A DNA stretch of 63,954 nt, filler included, from Octopus bimaculoides (taxonomy: Eukaryota): NCBI RefSeq assembly GCF_001194135.2. It is 6 parts of 6 records of this genome, joined end to end, with 100 filler letters (N's around TTAATTAATTAA, not from the genome) between each part and the next. Parts side by side here need not be neighbours in the genome. Positions count along the whole stretch, not along the records: positions 6,108 to 17,436 come from NC_069008.1; positions 17,537 to 32,893 come from NC_069000.1; 4 more parts are not named here. The stretch is one strand, 5' to 3'. Positions 13,141 to 25,814 of the stretch are shown piece by piece. Position 1 is the first letter of the stretch; each line of letters starts with the position of its first letter. Below the pieces are notes generated by a model. That model was given only the letters and a program-made list of their open reading frames with translations. It was not told where the DNA came from and did no database searches. The position numbers and the translations under genes were made by a program.

Positions 13141-13770
13141 GATAGGTGAGTGCTTAGAGAGAGCTGTACAAGCCATGTACAGGGATGCTGTCAGTACGGT
13201 GAGGGTTGGCAATTCCGGGTAGGGGTAGAGGTCCACCAAGTATCAGTCCTCAGCCCTGTCTTATTCATCACAGTTTTCCAGGCAATTACAGAGGAATTCA
13301 AGACAGGTTGCCCCTGGGAGCTCCTCTATGCTGATGACCTTGCTCTCATAGCTGAATCACTCTGAGAACTAGAGAAGAAATTTCAGATGTGGAAGCAAGG
13401 TCTAGAGTCGAAGGGCCCTAGAGTCAATGTTGCAAAAACCAAAGTCCTAGTAAGTACAAAGGCAGACAAATTACAAACCCCTTCGGGTAGATGGCCCTGC
13501 TCAATCTGCAGAAAGGATGTAGGTAGAAACTCCATAAGACATACCCAGTGTAAGCTATGGGCACATGGAAGGTGCAGCAATATCAAAGGAAGGTTAACTG
13601 GGATGATAGTTTTTGTGTGTGGCAGATGCACAGGGACAATAAACACTGAAGATGTACAGAAAATAGATTCCATCACATGTCAGGGGAGAAACTAGAAGTA
13701 GTTGATAGCCTCCGCTTCCTAGGTGACCAAGCCTGTAGTGGGGTGGATGCTCTGAGAGCATCGCCACTAG
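13141..13770 (+). mobile_element. RTE-clade LINE reverse-transcriptase fragment carrying a Cys/His zinc-finger insertion (degenerate)
   Basis: VEVHQVSVLSPVLF...WELLYADDLAL...GPRVNVAKTKVL then PCSICRKDVGRNSI..QCKLWAHGRCS...FVCGRC, then EKLEVVDS.RFLGD; stops and frameshifts. Confidence 0.9.
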
Positions 13771-14254
13771 AATAAGAACTACGTTAATGGTACACGTGTC
13801 TGTGGAGCACTCAGTCACTTGCATGTTAATTTCACGAGCAGGCTGTTCCGTTGATCGGATCAACTGGAACCCTCGACATCATAAGCGACGGAGTGCCAAC
13901 AACAATAATTTCATATTAATTATGTTTTTTAATGATTTCAAATTTGGCAGAGCGCCAGTAGTTTTTGAGAGGAGGGGAAGTCTATTACATCGATCGCAGT
14001 ACTTGACCGGTTCTTATTTTATCGACCCTGAAAGAATAAAAAGCAAAATCAACTTTGGCAGAATTTGAACCCAAAACATAAAAATGGTCAAAATGCCGCT
14101 AAACATTTTGTCCTGCATGTGAACAGTTCAGACAGGTCACTACCTTAATCGTGTTTTTTTTTTTAATAATAATGAATCTATCCTAATATTTCACTGGTGC
14201 TTTATTTCATCAAATCTGGAAGGATTAAAGGTAAAGTTAATCTTAATCTTTTAT

Positions 14255-14600
14255 TATCTGCAGTCAGTTGTCACGGTTATGACTGTCCATTGCTTTGGCA
14301 TGACTTGATAAGCTTTCTCCATACTGGTCAGTTTTTGTCTTGGGTTTGCCATTACGGTCAATTCCCTTCCACTTTGTGTTTCTTTGTGCAGTATCTTGGA
14401 ATCTCGGTCTAGTTCTTCTTTGGTTTCTTTTCCCCTTGCATAGTTGAAAGAACAGGGATTGTCAAAGGGGTCAGCTCTTGTCCATCCTGTGTACATATCC
14501 CAACCAATGTAAATTTCTATCAACGAGGACGTCCATCATAGGAGGCAGACCAGTGCACCAGAGGATCTCTTCATTCCTCATCTTGTCAAAGAGATATTCT
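14255..14600 (-). mobile_element. RTE/BovB-like LINE C-terminal fragment
   Basis: MRNEEILWCTGLPPMMDVLVDRNLHWLGYVHRMDKS*PL*QSLFFQLCKGKRNQRRTRPRFQD, the typical post-RT RTE region, with stops. Confidence 0.8.
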
Positions 14601-16889
14601 CTCGTCTCTTTTTGTCTTTGTTTTTTTTTTCTTTTTTGTCAAAAATAAATGTAACAAGACAATGTCTCTTCGACAGGTGTTACATTATAATTCCATTTTT
14701 TTTTTTAAGGCAGCAATCTCGCAGAATCGGTAGCATGCTGGGCGAAATGCCTAGTGGTATTTCATCTGTCTTTACATTCTGAGTTCAAATTCTGCCAAGG
14801 TCAACTTTGCCTTTCATCCTTTCGGGGTCGATACATTAAGTACCAGTTGTGTACTGGGTCGATCTAATCGACTGGCCTCCCTCCCACCAAAATTTCTGGC
14901 CTTGCGCCTAGAGTAGATTACAATTCCATTTTTGGTCTACCCAAGCCTCTTCCCCATTTTTTTAGGAGGGGGTGGCCACAACAAGACCCACACCAGGCAT
15001 TCCATTCATTCCCACATTATGATCCCATACATATCTAATAATATTAAATCATTGAAGGTGCATGGCTTAGTGGTTAGGGCGTTCACCTCACAACCAAAAT
15101 GTTAGGAGTTCAATTCCCAGTGGAGTGTTGTGTCCTTGAGCAAGACACTTCATTTCACATTGCTCCACTCCACTCAGCTGGCAAAAATGAGTTGTACCTG
15201 TATTTCAAGAGAGTCAGCCCTGTCACACTCTGTGTCACACATGAATCTCCCTGAGAACTATGTTAAGGGTACGCATCTCTGTGGAGTACTCAGCCACTTG
15301 CATGTTAATTTCAGGAGCAGGCTGTTCTGTTGGTTGTACTGCACAACCAGATGCAGTTCGACCCTTTAGTGTTTTAACCAGCCATATCTGGCCAAAATAT
15401 TCTCCCTATTTTATGTTCAAGCCAGCCAGATCTGGCCTCTCACACTTACCTTACAATACCATTCTAAAAAGAAACAATCACATCATTGAAATCTTGAAGC
15501 TATGAGACAACGGATGATTAAATCAAAACAATATGAATAAATAAGCAATACATTTGACAGCAATCATCATCATCATCATTGTTTAATGTCTGCTTTCCAT
15601 GCTGGTATGGGTTGGACAGTTTGACCAAGGACTGGCAAGCCAGGAGGCTGCACCAGGCTCCAATCTGATCTGGCAAGCTTTCCTGCAGGCAGCAAGAATC
15701 TTGCTTGGGGGCCCGGATGTGGAGGACTATAGAACTTGATTTGATTTGATTTTGTTGTAATGTTGATTTTTATCGAACAAGGTTTTCGAGGAGTTGTCGG
15801 TCGGCGGGCGCCAGTGCCTCTCCCATTTTTTACTCATCTTTTTGTATTCATTTCATTCATTAATGTCCGTGTCCAGCCCGCAGCTTCTTTATGTCTGTTT
15901 GTCTTTGTTTGTCCCCTCTATGTAATGCCTTNNNNNNNNNNNNNNNNNNNNNNNNNNNNNNNNNNNNNNNNNNNNNNNNNNNNNNNNNNNNNNNNNNNNN
16001 NNNNNNNNNNNNNNNNNNNNNNNNNNNNNNNNNNNNNNNNNNNNNNNNNNNNNNNNNNNNNNNNNNNNNNNNNNNNNNNNNNNNNNNNNNNNNNNNNNNN
16101 NNNNNNNNNNNNNNNNNNNNNNNNNNNNNNNNNNNNNNNNNNNNNNNNNNNNNNNNNNNNNNNNNNNNNNNNNNNNNNNNNNNNNNNNNNNNNNNNNNNN
16201 NNNNNNNNNNNNNNNNNNNNNNNNNNNNNNNNNNNNNNNNNNNNNNNNNNNNNNNNNNNNNNNNNNNNNNNNNNNNNNNNNNNNNNNNNNNNNNNNNNNN
16301 NNNNNNNNNNNNNNNNNNNNNNNNNNNNNNNNNNNNNNNNNNNNNNNNNNNNNNNNNNNNNNNNNNNNNNNNNNNNNNNNNNNNNNNNNNNNNNNNNNNN
16401 NNNNNNNNNNNNNNNNNNNNNNNNNNNNNNNNNNNNNNNNNNNNNNNNNNNNNNNNNNNNNNNNNNNNNNNNNNNNNNNNNNNNNNNNNNNNNNNNNNNN
16501 NNNNNNNNNNNNNNNNNNNNNNNNNNNNNNNNNNNNNNNNNNNNNNNNNNNNNNNNNNNNNNNNNNNNNNNNNNNNNNNNNNNNNNNNNNNNNNNNNNNN
16601 NNNNNNNNNNNNNNNNNNNNNNNNNNNNNNNNNNNNNNNNNNNNNNNNNNNNNNNNNNNNNNNNNNNNNNNNNNNNNNNNNNNNNNNNNNNNNNNNNNNN
16701 NNNNNNNNNNNNNNNNNNNNNNNNNNNNNNNNNNNNNNNNNNNNNNNNNNNNNNNNNNNNNNNNNNNNNNNNNNNNNNNNNNNNNNNNNNNNNNNNNNNN
16801 NNNNNNNNNNNNNNNNNNNNNNNNNNNNNNNNNNNNNNNNNNNNNNNNNNNNNNNNNNNNNNNNNNNNNNNNNNNNNNNNNNNNATATA

Positions 16890-16943
16890 GGACATACAAA
16901 GGGTGTGTGTGTGTGTGGGGGGGGATAACAATGACGAGGATGG

Positions 16944-16990
<47 letters not shown>

Positions 16991-19507
16991 ATGATGATGG
17001 TGATGATGGTCGCAAAGACGATGCTGATGCTGATGATGATGATGATGGTGGTAGCTGCAGTGTCTGTGGGGGGAGGGGAGCAGAGACTACTGCGTTGTTG
17101 TTGACAACAAAGCAAGACGATGGTAATGATGATGATGATGATGGTGATGAGGAACAAGGATGAAAAATGTCTAAAAAGAGGAAAAGAAACTGTCATCATT
17201 GTCGTCATCATCATCATCATCATCATCATTATTTGCTGTAGTAGCAGTAGCAGTAGCAGTAGCAGTGGTAGGTAGTAACGGCAATTATACCTCCACAATT
17301 TGATGATTGAAAGCCAAAGGTCAAAATTAAATATGTCAGCATTTATTTTTGTTGTTGTTGTTGTTGTTGTAGCGTGGAGGTTAGCAGTGGTGGTGGTGGT
17401 GGTGGCGGTGGTGGCGGTGGTAGCAGTGGTGGTCTCNNNNNNNNNNNNNNNNNNNNNNNNNNNNNNNNNNNNNNNNNNNNTTAATTAATTAANNNNNNNN
17501 NNNNNNNNNNNNNNNNNNNNNNNNNNNNNNNNNNNNGGTGGTAGTGGTGGTGGTGGTGATAGTAGTACTGGTGGTGGTGGTAGTAGTAAAGGTTGTGGGG
17601 GTGGCAGTAGTAGTGGTGGTGATGGTAATGGTAGTAGTAGTAGTGGTGGTGATGGTAATGGTAGTAGTAGTAGTGGTGGTGATGGTAATGGTAGTAGTAG
17701 TAATAGTAGTAGTAGTGGCAGTGGTGGTGACGATGCTGGTGGTATTGGTAATAACATTGGTGCAGGTTTATAACAGTGAAGTTGTGGTGGTGGTAGTGGT
17801 GGTAACGATGGTGGTGTAATATAAATGGTGGTGCTAGCTTCATAGCGGTGGGGAAGAGGAATCCATGATGGTGGTGGCAGCGGCAGATGTGGTGGTGGTG
17901 GTTTGGATGATGATAATTCAGAGTAGCGAAGTAGTGGTAACCAATTATGCTGGTGGTGGTGGTGGTCATGGTGGAGGTTGTAGCTAAGAGTAGTGAATTA
18001 ATAGCAATTGATAGTGGTGGTGGTGGTGGTGGTGGCGGTAGTGCTGCTGGTTGTGATAATTGTGGTTGTGGTAGCAGTTGTGGTGATGGTGGTGGTTGCG
18101 ATGGTTGTGGTTGTGGTGATAGTTGTAGTGATGGTGGTGATGGTGATGGTGGTTGTGGTAATGGTAGTGGTGGTGGTGGTGGTGACAGTTGCAGTGATGG
18201 TGGTGATAGTTGTGGTGATGGTAGTGGTGGTGGTGGCAGTGGTGGTAGCATTTCTGTTGGTAATAACATTGCTGTTATTGTTCTGGTACTGATGGTGGTA
18301 GTAGTAGTAATAGTAGTAATTAGTAGTAGTAGTGGTGGTGGTGGTGGTGGTGGTGTTGGTAGCAGCAATGGTAGTTATGGTGGTGGTGGTTGTTATAGTG
18401 GCAGTATACAGGCTCCTTCACTAACACGTTGAAGGTTGTAGTACAAACCCAGGTAAGCCCTGATTGAACCTACAGACCTTTGATCAAAAGCATTCCATCC
18501 ATGACTAACCATCTTATTTTTTTTTGTTTTCATTTTTGCTTATATGAAGGACAACAAATATATGGTGGTGGTGGTGGTGGTGGTAATTCCACAAAGACAA
18601 AAGGCAAAGTTAATCCTGCAAGAACCAATTGTACCTTTCACTCCTTCAAGGTTAATATAATAAGGTATCAGTTAAGTACTAGGGGTTATTGATATTGACT
18701 GAAGCCCCCACACTTGAAAACTGCTGGCCTTGTGTCTAAATTAGAAATAATTATAATTATCGTTATTATTCAGTTCTATATTTCAGAGATGAGGAATTAT
18801 GTACATTATTTATCTTATTTACATTTGATGGATATTTGTCCTCATCTTGGACTGATATACCCTCCAGCCTTCATCAGGTGTCTTGTGGAAATTTCGAACC
18901 TGGGTTCTCATTCCTAAGGTATTTTTCAATGTTATGATGATGATGATGATGATTATTATTATTATTATTATTATTATTATAATTATTATTATTACTTTCA
19001 TTAAGATGGTGAGCTGGCAGAATCATTAGCATGCTGGGGAAAATGCTTAGTGGCATTTCACCTCTCTTTACATTCCCAGCTCAAATTCTGCCAAGGTCAA
19101 CTTTGGCTTTCATTTTTTTTGGAGTCAATAAGATAAGTACCAGTTGAGCACTGGGGTCAATGAAATTGCCTTGTCCCCTTCCCCTGAAATTGCTGGCCTA
19201 CTGCCAAAATTTGAAACCATTATCATCATCATCATCATCATCATCAGTAAGGCAAGTGAGCTGGCAAAATTGCTAGCAAATGGGAGAAAATGCTAAGTGG
19301 CATTTTTTCCAGCACTAAGTTCCAATTCCACCAAGATCAGCTTTACCTGTTATCCTTTCAGGGTCGATAAAATAAGTACCAGTTGAGTATTGGGGTTGAT
19401 GTAATTGACTTATCCTCATTATTAACATTGCTTGCCCTGAACCAATATTTGTAGCCATTATTATTATTATTGATACCCGTCAGAGTGTAAGTATCTTNNN
19501 NNNNNNN

Positions 19508-19569
<62 letters not shown>

Positions 19570-19750
19570 TGTAGTAGTGGTGGTTGTAGTAGTGGTGGTT
19601 GTGATGGTGGTGTGGCAGTAATAGTAGTAATAGTAGTAGTGGTGGTGGTGCTGGCAATAGTAGTAGCAGCAGTGATAGTAGTAGCCACAGCAGTATCAGT
19701 ACCAGTAACAGTGGTGATGATGGTGGTGGTAGTGGTAATGGAGGTGGTGG
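16890..19750. repeat. Compound GGT/GAT/AGT trinucleotide low-complexity tracts
   Basis: Mosaic microsatellites; the poly-V/G/H/T ORFs here are artefacts. Similar tracts at 1850-2140, 52480-52740, 54190-54370, 56330-57110 and 58740-58990. Confidence 0.9.
17437..17536. other. Artificial scaffold-join spacer (2 of 5)
   Basis: Identical 100-nt spacer. Confidence 0.95.
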
Positions 19751-20397
19751 TGGTAGTGGTAATGGAGGTGNNNNNNNNNNNNNNNNNNNNNNNNNNNNNN
19801 NNNNNNNNNNNNNNNNNNNNNNNNNNNNNNNNNNNNNNNNNNNNNNNNNNNNNNNNNNNNNNNNNNNNNNATATATATATATATATAGATATATATATAT
19901 ATATATAAAATATAAATGATATATATATATATACACATAAATATATATATGCATGTATGGGTACAGGATGTCATAAACTGTAAACAACATGAAATATGAA
20001 AGCAAATGAGTTGAATGTGCAAACAACGAGAGAAACAAATGGAAAACAGGACAAGTAACATAAAGAACGACCCTTCATCAGTTGTCGGCTGTCCATCTAC
20101 TCCTCAGTTCGAGCATTGAACGACAATATGAGTCTTTGAAGGCAGCTGCTCCCACAAAAGCCAAAATAAAATTTGAGATTTATGAAGGGTCAAAGTTGGT
20201 AACAAAAACAGGACAGTGGAGACATACAAGGAAACTGAACAAATACAAACATGGAGGGTTGTTAGACCAGACGAAGGTAAAATTGTGAACGCTGGAGAAA
20301 TATTTTCTTTGACAAGAGAAAAGAGAAAAGAAGAGAGAGATAGATAAGATACGTGCAGTCTTTATGAAAGCCCTGAAGGAAACGAAAGATGATATAT

Positions 20398-21644
20398 CAT
20401 CATCATCATCATCATCATCGTTTAACGTCCGCTTTCCATGCTAGTATGGGTTGGACGATTTGACTGAGGACTGGTGAAACCGGATGGCAACACCAGGCTC
20501 CAATCTAATTTGGCAGAGTTTCTACAGCTGGATGCCCTTCCTAACGCCAACCACTCAGAGAGTGTAGTGGGTGCTTTTACGTGTCACCCGCACGAAAACN
20601 NNNNNNNNNNNNNNNNNNNNNNNNNNNNNNNNNNNNNNNNNNNNNNNNNNNNNNNNNNNNNNNNNNNNNNNNNNNNNNNNNNNNNNNNNNNNNNNNNNNN
20701 NNNNNNNNNNNNNNNNNNNNNNNNNNNNNNNNNNNNNNNNNNNNNNNNNNNNNNNNNNNNNNNNNNNNNNNNNNNNNNNNNNNNNNNNNNNNNNNNNNNN
20801 NNNNNNNNNNNNNNNNNNNNNNNNNNNNNNNNNNNNNNNNNNNNNNNNNNNNNNNNNNNNNNNNNNNNNNNNNNNNNNNNNNNNNNNNNNNNNNNNNNNN
20901 NNNNNNNNNNNNNNNNNNNNNNNNNNNNNNNNNNNNNNNNNNNNNNNNNNNNNNNNNNNNNNNNNNNNNNNNNNNNNNNNNNNNNNNNNNNNNNNNNNNN
21001 NNNNNNNNNNNNNNNNNNNNNNNNNNNNNNNNNNNNNNNNNNNNNNNNNNNNNNNNNNNNNNNNNNNNNNNNNNNNNNNNNNNNNNNNNNNNNNNNNNNN
21101 NNNNNNNNNNNNNNNNNNNNNNNNNNNNNNNNNNNNNNNNNNNNNNNNNNNNNNNNNNNNNNNNNNNNNNNNNNNNNNNNNNNNNNNNNNNNNNNNNNNN
21201 NNNNNNNNNNNNNNNNNNNNNNNNNNNNNNNNNNNNNNNNNNNNNNNNNNNNNNNNNNNNNNNNNNNNNNNNNNNNNNNNNNNNNNNNNNNNNNNNNNNN
21301 NNNNNNNNNNNNNNNNNNNNNNNNNNNNNNNNNNNNNNNNNNNNNNNNNNNNNNNNNNNNNNNNNNNNNNNNNNNNNNNNNNNNNNNNNNNNNNNNNNNN
21401 NNNNNNNNNNNNNNNCTATCGACTACCTCTAGTTTTTCACCCTGGAATGAGATAGAAGTTGTTTCCTGTTTGTTTACAGTCTTTATTGCACCTGAACATC
21501 TGCCACAAACAAAAACTAACTTGCTAGTTAACCTGCCTTTGATGTTGCTGCACCTCTTATGTGTCCATAGCTTGCACCGGGTACATCTTATAGAGTTACT
21601 ACCTACTCCTTTTCTACATACTGAGCAGGGCCATCTACCTGAAG

Positions 21645-21646
<2 letters not shown>
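20398..21646 (-). mobile_element. 5'-truncated zinc-finger RTE LINE spanning an N-gap, with 3' UTR and (GAT)n tail
   Basis: 21417-21646 reads PSGRWPCSVCRKGVGSNSIRCTRCKLWTHKRCS...FVCGRC...EKLEVVD; 20398-20599 is the same-strand 3' end ending TTAAACGATGATGATG. Confidence 0.85.
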
Positions 21647-21683
<37 letters not shown>

Positions 21684-21794
21684 AGAATTCACAAAAAAAC
21701 AACAGACGAAGACAGGTGGTGTAGAAAACAGATAGATGTATTAGTATAACGCTCGGGAATTGAGAATACTACGCTCTTCCACAGAAAGAAACAA

Positions 21795-21825
<31 letters not shown>

Positions 21826-22495
21826 TAGTTAAAGTTATATGTATGTATTTTTATATATTGTCCACATTTATATGTTTATGTAAGTATATTATATGTAAGT
21901 GGTTTCACAAATAGTAACAACAGCACTCAATAAGTTAATTTAACAAAAGCAACCAACACAGCAATCTTTTCTTCAGTAAATGCATAAACGAAATCTTATA
22001 TATGTTTAATAAACATGACAGTTTATTCTCACAGCAACACTAAATACAACAAGCCACAAAATCCTTCATAGCTGAGAGTTGAGGCATCAACTAATAGGTT
22101 TTACCTTTTAAAGATTCATCAAGGCCACACTTTTCAGTTCCCAAAGTTGTGAAGAGTAAATCTTCTTAAAAGATGTAAATAAAGATTTATTGGTGCAATA
22201 TCATTTACATTGTATAAGCCTGGTGGATAGCATCAGTTAACCACAGCCCTAGAAATACTGTTTTTTTAAAAAATGTGTATCTGAAATCATGTGCATTCTA
22301 TACTATAATAAAGCTACTTATTAATTCATTTGGGGTATGGAACTTTTACTGAAAGAAAGCAATTATTAAAGTCTACATTGCCTCAAAAATTCTTTAAAAT
22401 TCTAATTTTAATATATTTTTTTTTCATCAAAATGTGGTTTTAAGGAAACTTTGTTTTCAAAGATTTCAGCAACAGAAAACTTACTTTAATTCTCT

Positions 22496-22732
22496 TTAAA
22501 AGGCAGTGAGTTAGCATAATCATTATCACGCCGGGTGAAATGCTTACCGGTATTTTGTCTGTCGTTACGTTCTGAGTTCAAATTCCGCCGAGGTCGACTT
22601 TGCGTTTCATCCTTTCGGGGTCGATAAATTAAGTACCAGTTATGCACTGGGGTTGATGTAATCGACTTAATCCCTTTGTCTGTCCTTGTTTGTCCCCTCT
22701 GTGTTAAGCCCCTTGTGGGCAATAAAGAAATA
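22496..22732 (+). mobile_element. tRNA-derived SINE family A, full-length, with a 22-bp TSD
   Basis: A-box-like head, B box GAGTTCAAATTCC, core GCGTTTCATCCTTTCGGGGTCGATAAATTAAGTACC; perfect TSD AGAAAACTTACTTTAATTCTCT at 22474-22495 and 22733-22754. Other approximate copies: 5465-5650, 8340-8550, 8950-9160, 11866-12070, 12485-12665(-), 14000-14130(-), 14710-14915, 19010-19220, 59410-59790, 61437-61650, 62130-62280. Confidence 0.9.
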
Positions 22733-23598
22733 AGAAAACTTACTTTAATTCTCTGAAGGATAGTATTTTTTAAAACCACAAGATGGCATTTTTTATCACC
22801 ATAAGTTAGCATTCACCTATGTCTTCTCTTTCTCTTGCATTCCATGACATTGCTTTCTAGTCATATCAGTAAAATAATTTTTCCAAATTAAAAGTTTAAT
22901 CTAGCATTTGCTAAATTATGTTGATTCCAGAATCCTTTCATATTTGTTGGATGTTGTTGAAGAAAGAGAAAGGTGTTTCTACTAGTATATTTAATAAACA
23001 TATATGAATATGCGTGTGTGTATGTATTTGAAAGAATAGAAAACAAAATATCTCAATAATATTTAAAATTTACATTTTTCTGCTATTTGGCAGTTTCTAT
23101 AAATTAAGTGCAAATCTTATGAACCATACAATCATTATACAATACATAATTAATTTTGATTCTTCTTTTTGGAATAGTGGATCTTGATATACATGCATAC
23201 CCACAGATTCACACTCATACATATACACTCTTGCCAGCCATCAATGATCAATGTTGCCTAAGTTCTGCCAAATTCTTCTCCAGTCACACAGTTCAAGAAA
23301 TTCAAATTGGGATCTTTATTTTTATGTATTTGATGTCACTGATATATCAATACTATTTTCAACAACACCATGTGATCCACCTTGACCAATGGCAGCTCAG
23401 TTTTCAGTTGCCATCTTGGACTTCCTCCATCTGTGTATTCAGCTGACTGAGCCCAATGAACTAGCTTCCTGTGACAAGCCTATGAAACTTTAAGTCACAT
23501 GGGGCCAAATCAAACTGTTTTAAATACTAAATTATGTAACTCCTACTAAATGTGTTGAGTGCCTCTTTCTTTCATTTGCCCACTAACTTGTGTGTGTA

Positions 23599-23648
<50 letters not shown>

Positions 23649-24959
23649 AGCCTGCAGATGTTGCAAGTATGAAGATTGTATATATATTTGGTTGTTGAGT
23701 CTCACAGAGGCAATGACAAGTGACCAAGACTTCTAACGATTTTCTGTGCTTGAGGAGACACATCAAACTAAGTGAATCATGGTCATTGCCAGTGCTGGTG
23801 ACACAAAGAAAGGCACTGGTGCCAGTGACATGTAAAAGGCACTCAGTACACTCTGTGAAGTGGTTGGCATTAAGAAGGGCATCCAGCGATAGAAACCAAG
23901 CCAAAACAGACAACTGGAGCCTGGTGCAGCTCTTTGGACTACCAGCTCCATTCAAACCATCTAATCTATGTGAGCATGGAAAACAGACGTTAAATGACGG
24001 CAATATTCAGCAGCATCAGTACCAAGCACCGTTTAATGGATGGGAGACTGAGTGTTGTGAGTAGGGTTAGCTTAAGTCCACTAGGCTCAATAACTGTTAC
24101 TACTACTAATAATAATATAGTGAAGAAATGTTGAAATATCACAGATATTACTATTAGCTCAAACTTAGAAAAAAATTGCTTGTGGTATGTTGACACTCAT
24201 TATTTGCCTTCCCAAGCATATATAATTCACTCCTGATATGTGTCTTACATTACTTAACACTTGCATTACCTTTAAGAAACATTGTTTTGGTTATCTAAAT
24301 AAAAATTCTCCTAGGAAAATGAATAGAATATTAAACTTTCATCTGCCTGTCAGCTATTTGCAACGAGTAAATTACAACAAAATCATAACAGTAGCATACT
24401 ACCCAGGTGGCCAGTTACGGTCACAAAGCATTTTAGCTGAAGATAAGTTTTACACTCTGTATGGCAATTCCCTTGATTGTAATATAAACAACCATACAGT
24501 TGGTCTGAAAGATGATAAAATTGAAATATACTGCTTGTGTAACATTTTATCTCAAATAAATTTATGGTTTCACATTTTATTCACAGCATAGTATTTATTA
24601 CCTGCACAGAATCCTCATATTTTCTCCATCTAAACCACTTTAAAAATATATTTCAATAAGTATAAGATGATACACAGTGAATTTTATTTTTGCCCCACAA
24701 AATATGCTTATAAGATAGAGGTGTGTCTTGGGCACCAGCAAATCAACAAATATAATAATATGGTATATATATATATTTATATATATATATATATCATCAT
24801 CATCATCATCATCATCGTTTAACGTCCGTTTTCCATGCTGGCATGGGTTGGACTATTTGACTGAGGACTGGTGAAACCAGATGGCTACACCAGGCTCCAA
24901 TCTCATCTGGCAGTGTTTCTACAGCTGGATGCCCTTCCTAATGCCAACCACTACGAGAG

Positions 24960-25290
24960 TGTAGTGGGTGCTTTTTATGTGCCACCGGCACAGGAACCTG
25001 TCAGGCGGGCTTGGCATCGATCACATTTGGATAGTGCTTTTTGCATGCCACCGGCACGGGGGCCAGTCGGTGGTTACTGGCATCGGTCACATTCAGATTG
25101 TGCTTTTTACGTGCCACCGGTACGGGGGGCCAGTCGGTGGGTACTGGCATTGGCCACATTCAGATAGTGCTTTTTATGTGCCACCAGCATGGGAGCCAGT
25201 CAGGCAGCCCTGGTATCAACCACGTTCGGATGGTGCTTTTTACGTGTCACTGGCATGGGTGCCAGTTAGGGGGTACTGGCCACAGCTGCG
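24960..25290 (-). repeat. About 60-65-bp tandem units within the RTE 3' UTR (about 5 copies)
   Basis: TGCTTTT(T)AYGTGCCACCGGCAC...CACATTCAGATAG recurs, continuous with the family C repeat. Confidence 0.8.
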
Positions 25291-25512
25291 ATATTGGTTT
25301 ACAGCCCAGTCAAGATGGTATTTTCTTCATCTCCTACTCTTGTATTTGCACACATTTACAAAATGACTTTCTGAAATGAACTTCCATTATGCAGCTGAGG
25401 AGTACATTTTCATTGCACATCTTATGTGGTGTTCTCACTACATAAATAAATGAAGTTTGTATGAAACGTACGTACTGCTATAACCTAATACATTTTTGTT
25501 GCTTTTCTTCAA
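25290..25512 (+). repeat. Unclassified interspersed repeat with a near-identical inverted copy at about 47815-48030
   Basis: CCCAGTCAAGATGGTATTTTC...GCTTTTCTTCAAAT matches the reverse complement of 47815-48030. Confidence 0.75.
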
Positions 25513-25738
25513 ATATATATATATATGTGTGTGTGCTCTTGTTTCAGTCATTGGGCTGTGGTCATACTGGGGTACTGTTTTGAAGGGTTTAGGCAGACAA
25601 ATCAACCCCAGTTCTTATTTTTATGTCTGGTACTTATTCTATCAGTCTCTTTTACTGAACTGCTTAGTTGCAGGGTTGGAAACAAGCCAACACTGGTTGT
25701 CAAATAGTGGAGGTGAAAAACACAGCCACAAAGGCGCG

Positions 25739-25814
<76 letters not shown>

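Noticed and set aside
15760-17298. Long ORFs of 250-470 aa here and at 20474-21724, 25496-26809, 27664-28621, 35906-38123, 48583-49746 and 62719-63777
   Set aside because: They run through N-gaps or microsatellites (X-filled or homopolymeric) and are not genes.
20040-20140. CUGAUGA/CUGACGA on the minus strand here, at about 26750 and at about 45690, as hammerheads
   Set aside because: No properly placed stem II + GAAA + stem III/UH. The degenerate motif at about 2594-2625 also has a mutated core and poor stem II.
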